In this document: piece by piece, positions 58,779-64,000 of the stretch
Layout: each line of letters starts with the position of its first letter
Position numbering within the stretch: position 1 is the stretch's first letter
Source of the DNA: Bugula neritina
Taxonomy: Eukaryota; Animalia; Bryozoa
Direction: 5' to 3'
Assembly (NCBI GenBank): GCA_964035545.1
Contig: OZ037770.1
Location: forward strand, 15,118,642 to 15,182,641
DNA length: 64,000 bases
Position numbers and translations under genes: made by a program
Notes under the pieces: model-generated
Database searches by the model: none
Told to the model about the DNA's origin: nothing
The model's input: the letters and a program-made list of their open reading frames with translations, nothing else

Positions 58779-61722
58779 AAATTTGTTACCATTACTATTA
58801 CTATTAGTAATAATTAGTAATATTAGTAATAATAATAGTAATACTTATGCAGTATGACTATGAGTATGAGTATTGCTAATAATACTAATAATAATACTTT
58901 AGATTTAACTTATACTAATTTAAATTCAAATTGTAAAGCAAAATTTTGCTTATACTATTAGTATTAGTATTGCTTCAACTTGTAACACTAACCGTAGTTC
59001 TAATGCTAATACTTATAGTGATTGTAGTGCAGCACTGTTAGTGGTTTTTAAAATTGTTCGTTTTCTCCTTCACCTTTAGAATTTTTTTAAATTCAAGCTA
59101 AAAATCAAATTGGCTTAATCTGTATTACTATCAGTAATCACTAACCGAAGCGCTAGCATCAACAGTCAACTAAACATAAAATTCAGATCTACGAGTAGGA
59201 TTAGATCTAATTTAGTTTTACACTAACTTTACGAGTAGGTTTTTCGGTATTACTCAGTGTTATTATTAAAGTTATGAATGGAAAATAAATAATCCTCATT
59301 ATGATGATTGATTATTATGATGATAATCATCATGATTATGATGGTCATAGTTGCTGACCGTTATAATCAGTAAGTAATACCTAAAGTGATAATAATAATA
59401 ATAATAATAGTGAACTAGAATTTTTACTTACTCTTGCAGTAGCCGTAGTTGATTGATAATTGTTTAATGACTTTGTTAATTGTTGTCAATGCCATGCACA
59501 TAGTGATGCTGTAACCGAGAACTTACTTTGGTTCAACTTTTACTTCTAGACTTAGTTTTATTGGTAGCATAAAATACTTATACTCATTAATCGTTAATGA
59601 CAATCTTAATAAGGAATAGTAATACTAAGTTTAATGCTAATAATAATAACACTAGTAGTAGTAGTAGTAGAAAAAGGAGATGTTGAAGTTTATTGCCATT
59701 CAATGGTTATGCTTTATTTTAATACATAATCAAATATTTTGTCACAGTAATTTTAGAGTGAAAATTACCCAAAATAATGAAAGATAAAAATTGAAAAAAA
59801 TACATTTTTAATCACCACTAAATATGACATCACATTTCTTGTATACCTCGAACGTCAGTTTTCAGCTGTAAAGGTAAATTTACTTTGCATTTTCACTCTT
59901 AGATTTTTGGATTTCTTTGTTGAGATATAAAACATATTTCAAAATAGCATAATTTTAAATAAATTTTCCAGCATGCAGTACATTAAATGTGTCTTCATCA
60001 GTTAATAGTTGGTTAAAGGTGGGCGCAGGAATAAAAAAGCCAATGTTCTATAAGGAAAGAAGTAGCAAAGATGTTAGTTATTTTTTTCACAAGAATTTTG
60101 AACCATGCCATAAACTAAAAGCTCACAAAAAAATGAAAGAGCATAGGCTAAGATTACTGCATCAGCATGGTGGATTACCAGTTGACCAAGTTATTTACAG
60201 TAGTACAGGAGAGGTGATGCAGAATTTGTAGCTACTTATTTACCAATAATTGTTGAATACTATAAGAGTTAGGCTCTTTTATTCCCTGCTTTGATGGCAT
60301 CAACACGATAAATTTTTTAAAATTTTTATGTCAATAACACTTTTTGCATTGGCCACTTATCTATTCGATAACATGATGCTTTTAGCCATCAATATCGGTA
60401 TTGATTAATTGCAGACGCACCTGCAATCGTTCGTGTGGAAGCTTTTTATGAATTATAGAATGAACAATGACTTTATAGAAATGTTGATGATATTCGAGTC
60501 AGGTTCTATTGTAATGAATAACGCGAGATATCATATATCTATTCGCACTACGTGCAGCAGCTCTACAATTGCATATATGATTTTCCTATTAACTCACACT
60601 GTGGTAATAAAAAGTTTACTGCTAGTGTATTGAGTGTATTTACTTTATTTCAAGATTCCCACACATTTCTTGCAACCTTCTCACATTCCAAAGTATTATT
60701 ATAACTTTTTGACACTAAAAAAATAACTGACAGTCACCATCACCATTTAAGCTACCATGATGACACATAATGGCAAAACAGAATTTTTGTGCCAATATCA
60801 TCAATTCCTGGTCCGAGCGTTAATTCGGTGAAAAGGAATAGTGTGTTTATAATTTTTAGTTTTATTAAGTAATTGTTTTCTTTGAACTATTTTTTGTTGT
60901 TTTTAGCAAACATGTGTGGTGAGTATAGCTACATTGATCATTTCCTGCTCTTCTTTGTCTACTCTTTTACCTAGTCAGCTAGCATGTTTGCTCGGCAGCT
61001 TTTTGTCACCCGGAACAACAAAATATGCTCTTGCGTTTTGGATATCCTGATTAATAATTGTTTGTAATGCAATGGGGTTAGTTGGCTGAGCTAAGCATGT
61101 ACAGAGTAGCACAGTAGTAGAGGAATGTCTGGCTATCATGACTAGACACCTCAATGTCGCAAGACGTTAGGTGACTGCATTTGATTTGCGTAGCTATGTA
61201 TCGTCTTATTATCTCACTCTGCTCTCTATTTGCCATTTTCCCCTTCTGGAATACCCATATAAATGATTTGTGTATATACAAATTATCATTCACATAAATT
61301 CTCACCTGACCGTTTATTTAGTTTTGAAAGTTTATTTCAGAAAAAAGGCAGACACTGACTTGTTTTTAAGAATATGAAAAAGTTGTATGGTTGAGCCACA
61401 ACCCCTTAATTTTATTAAATTTTAATTGATAAGTATATGAACTGGGCAGTTCGACTCTAAATATACTTTATGATTAACTCAGCATATTCTATGTCAGCCT
61501 CTCTTCTGCTATGAACTTGAGTTTGGACTTGTTTCTACATGACTCCTTTCCTTCAGACTTCTAGCTGCTCTTGGTCATGTCAGTCAGTGTCCTAGCTGCT
61601 CTACTTTTTTGTCAAATGGGGAAATCTCTAGCACCATTTTTGGACAATACATGCATAAAATTTCTATATTTTTGAATTTGTCTCCAAATAACTTGAGCTA
61701 CTTTATATTGTAGACAGGAGAT

Positions 61723-63989
61723 ATGGCTTGTCGCAATCAATTTTTCTTCGGTTTCATCACAGGAGTGCTTATCAATATGTTCCTGTTCGGTGTATTTCAC
61801 ATGAAGAACTCTTCAACAGATATTCAACTTTCAGCTCAAGCAGGTAGCTTTGTAAAGTTCTAGACAACAAATTACACTTGTGTCAGGTGTTTGTCAACTA
61901 TCTTGTGTCACCGTCAGGTGACAGTCAACCACCTTGCGTCAATGTCAGGTGACTGTCAACTACTTTGTGTCACTGACAGGTGACTGTCAACTACCTTGTG
62001 TCACTGTCAGGAAACTGTCAATTACTTTGTGTCACTGGCAGGTACCTGTCAACATTTTTCAGCTGGTTGCAGCTGGTTGAAGTGTTGTCTGCTTACAAAC
62101 ACTATATAACATCCTTTGTAACTACTAGTATATGTTTTAAAAATATATAAGATATTTATGGTACAGTAGAATGAAAGATGCTTGGCTCACTCTTAACATA
62201 GCATCTCAACAAGATCTACAAATGTGACATAATGCGCCAATAGGTTTATCATGTATGTTGTAAGATGATCATAATTTAATTTTTAGTTTTAAGGCTGAAG
62301 TCACAGGGACCCGCTGACCAAATCCTTCAGAGCGATGAAGACAGGTTTAACACTCCATGGCCTAAGATAAAAGGACTACTTCAACTTCACTCTGACAATC
62401 ACCAAGGTAACTGCTGGTATATTACCTATTAGCAGTTATCTCCCTTGTCCGCAGCTACTCATCTGCAGTTTATCTTTGATTTGTTTAGCAAACATTGCAT
62501 TCTTCATGACTAATGCTGCTATTGCAGGTCAATTTTTTTCTAGAATGTTCCCTCTTTTGGATGTAAGCTAATAGATGATCTGAATGTTTGTAGGGCAGTG
62601 CTTTTTATTAGCCAATCATATCACGTTAGCTAGTCACTGATCTGCTGTATACTATAAATATATTTCATGCCCCCTCTTTCTTCACTCTTGTAACAATGAT
62701 GTCTTACTTCACTCACTCTATTCACAATGATCTCTACTTCCACTCACGTTATTCACAATGATCTCTACGTCCACTCACTCAACTCATAATGATATCCACT
62801 CACTCTATTCACAATGATATCTATAACTGCACAGTCTCAGATTGCTTCTTCCTGATTTTTTGTAGAAGCCGACACAATTTTAGCAGATTATCTCTACACC
62901 AAAGTGAGAATCCTCTGTTTGATTATGACCTCACCTAGCAACCTTCAAAAGAAAGCAATACACGTTTATGAAGCGTGGGCTCACAAGTGTAATGTAGTGA
63001 TATTTGTTAGCAGTCAAGAGAACAATGCTTTTCCAGCACCAGTCATAAGTGAGTGTTAGTGAGTGAGAGAGTGAGTGAATAATAGTATAAGTGTTAGTGT
63101 GAGTGAGTTGGTGAAATAGTGAGTGAATGAGTGAGTAATAGTATAAGTGTTTGTGTGAGTGAGTTAGTGAGTGAATGAGTGAGTAATAGTATAAGTGTTA
63201 GCGTGAGTGAGTTAGTGAGTGAATGAGTGAATAATAGTATAAGTGTTAGTGTGAGTGAGTTAGTGAGTGAGTTAGTGAGTAATAGTATAAGTGTTAGTGT
63301 GAGTGAGTTAGTGAGTGAGTTAGTGAGTGAGTTAGTGAGTAATAGTATAAGTGTTAGTGTGAGTGAGTTAGTGAGTGAGTTAGTGAGTGAGTTAGTGAGT
63401 GAATGAGTGAGTAATAGTATAAGTGTTAGTGTGAGTGAGTTAGTGAGTGAGTTAGTGAGTGAGTGAGTTAGTGAGTGAGTTAGTGAGTGAGTTAGTGAGT
63501 GAGTAATAGTATAAGTGTTAGTGTGAGTGAGTTAGTGAGTGAGTTAGTGAGTGAGTTAGTGAGTGAGTTAGTGAGTGAGTTAGTGAGTGAGTTAGTGAGT
63601 GAGTTAGTGAGTGAGTTAGTGAGTGAGTTAGTGAGTGAGTTAGTGAGTTAGTGAGTGAGTGAGTTAGTTAGTTAGTGAGTGAGTTAGTGAGTGAGTGAGT
63701 CATTCAGCAGGGTCCATTTTCAAAAAGAATTTTTCAACAAATAAATAATGACTTGCTATTGTGGCAATTTTGTTTCAATTAAAAAGCTAATAGCTCATTG
63801 ATAATGTTATGCAATATTATATTTTATTGAATTTACTGAACAATACAGTAACAGCATCATATATGACAGATTTTCTTTATTGCAGAAGTAGAGACGGAAG
63901 AGGGAAGACAACACCTGACTGCTAAAACAATGCATGCCTTCAAATATGTATATGATAAATATTTTGATAAAGCTGATTGGTTTATGAAG
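61723..63989 (+). CDS. C1GALT1: Core 1 beta-1,3-galactosyltransferase (T-synthase); the 3' part continues beyond the window
   Basis: Exons 61723-61843, 62287-62406, 62866-63048 and 63886-63989. TM anchor, 'KVRILCLIMTSPSNLQKKAIHVYEAWAHKCN' and 'EGRQHLTAKTMHAFKYVY...ADWFMK'. Confidence 0.9.
61878..62053. repeat. ~31-bp intronic tandem repeat (gtgtcactgtcaggtgactgtcaactacctt)
   Basis: About five copies shortly after the first C1GALT1 coding donor. Confidence 0.8.
63049..63700 (+). repeat. (GTGA/GTTA)-based repeat rich in GTGAGT, starting at a C1GALT1 donor
   Basis: Begins exactly at ATAA|gtgagt (63048/63049) and contains dozens of GTGAGT hexamers. Confidence 0.93.
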
Positions 63990-64000
63990 GTGAAGGTCAT

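Noticed and set aside
59989-60231. 80-aa ORF upstream of C1GALT1
   Set aside because: No recognisable motif and no convincing splice partners; it may be a decayed repeat.

Overview
AT-rich, gene-dense eukaryotic (invertebrate animal) genomic DNA with GT-AG introns; no prokaryotic features. The compact introns and gene set suggest a lophotrochozoan, but this is inference only. I reconstructed 11 spliced protein-coding genes by hand: DUF4140/DUF4139 (F37C4.5-like, partial, -), MRPL47 (-), UTP14 (+), ODF3/CIMAP1-like (-), gamma-glutamyl hydrolase (+), SLC22A18-like MFS transporter (-), ACAT1 thiolase (+), a carbohydrate sulfotransferase (+), an unrecognised 7-exon ~410-aa gene (+), ACP5-like acid phosphatase (-) and C1GALT1 (partial, +). 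Most long ORFs in the supplied track are artefacts of tandem repeats. Two things stand out. (1) A ~230-bp, extensively self-complementary element inside a (TA)n tract ends in a complete minimal type I hammerhead ribozyme (57072-57129, - strand). An exact 16-nt copy of its 3' end sits in another (TA)n tract (48957-48972), pointing to a retrozyme/Penelope-like non-autonomous retroelement that may target (TA)n. (2) In several unrelated genes, intronic minisatellites are tandem copies of that gene's own exon-intron junction, giving arrays of up to ~14 decoy splice sites, some with AG|GT recursive-site architecture. Also present: three tRNA-derived repeat copies, a MITE, a probable solo LTR, fold-back inversions, an RFX X-box upstream of the ciliary gene, and (ANT)n low-complexity tracts near gene 5' ends.
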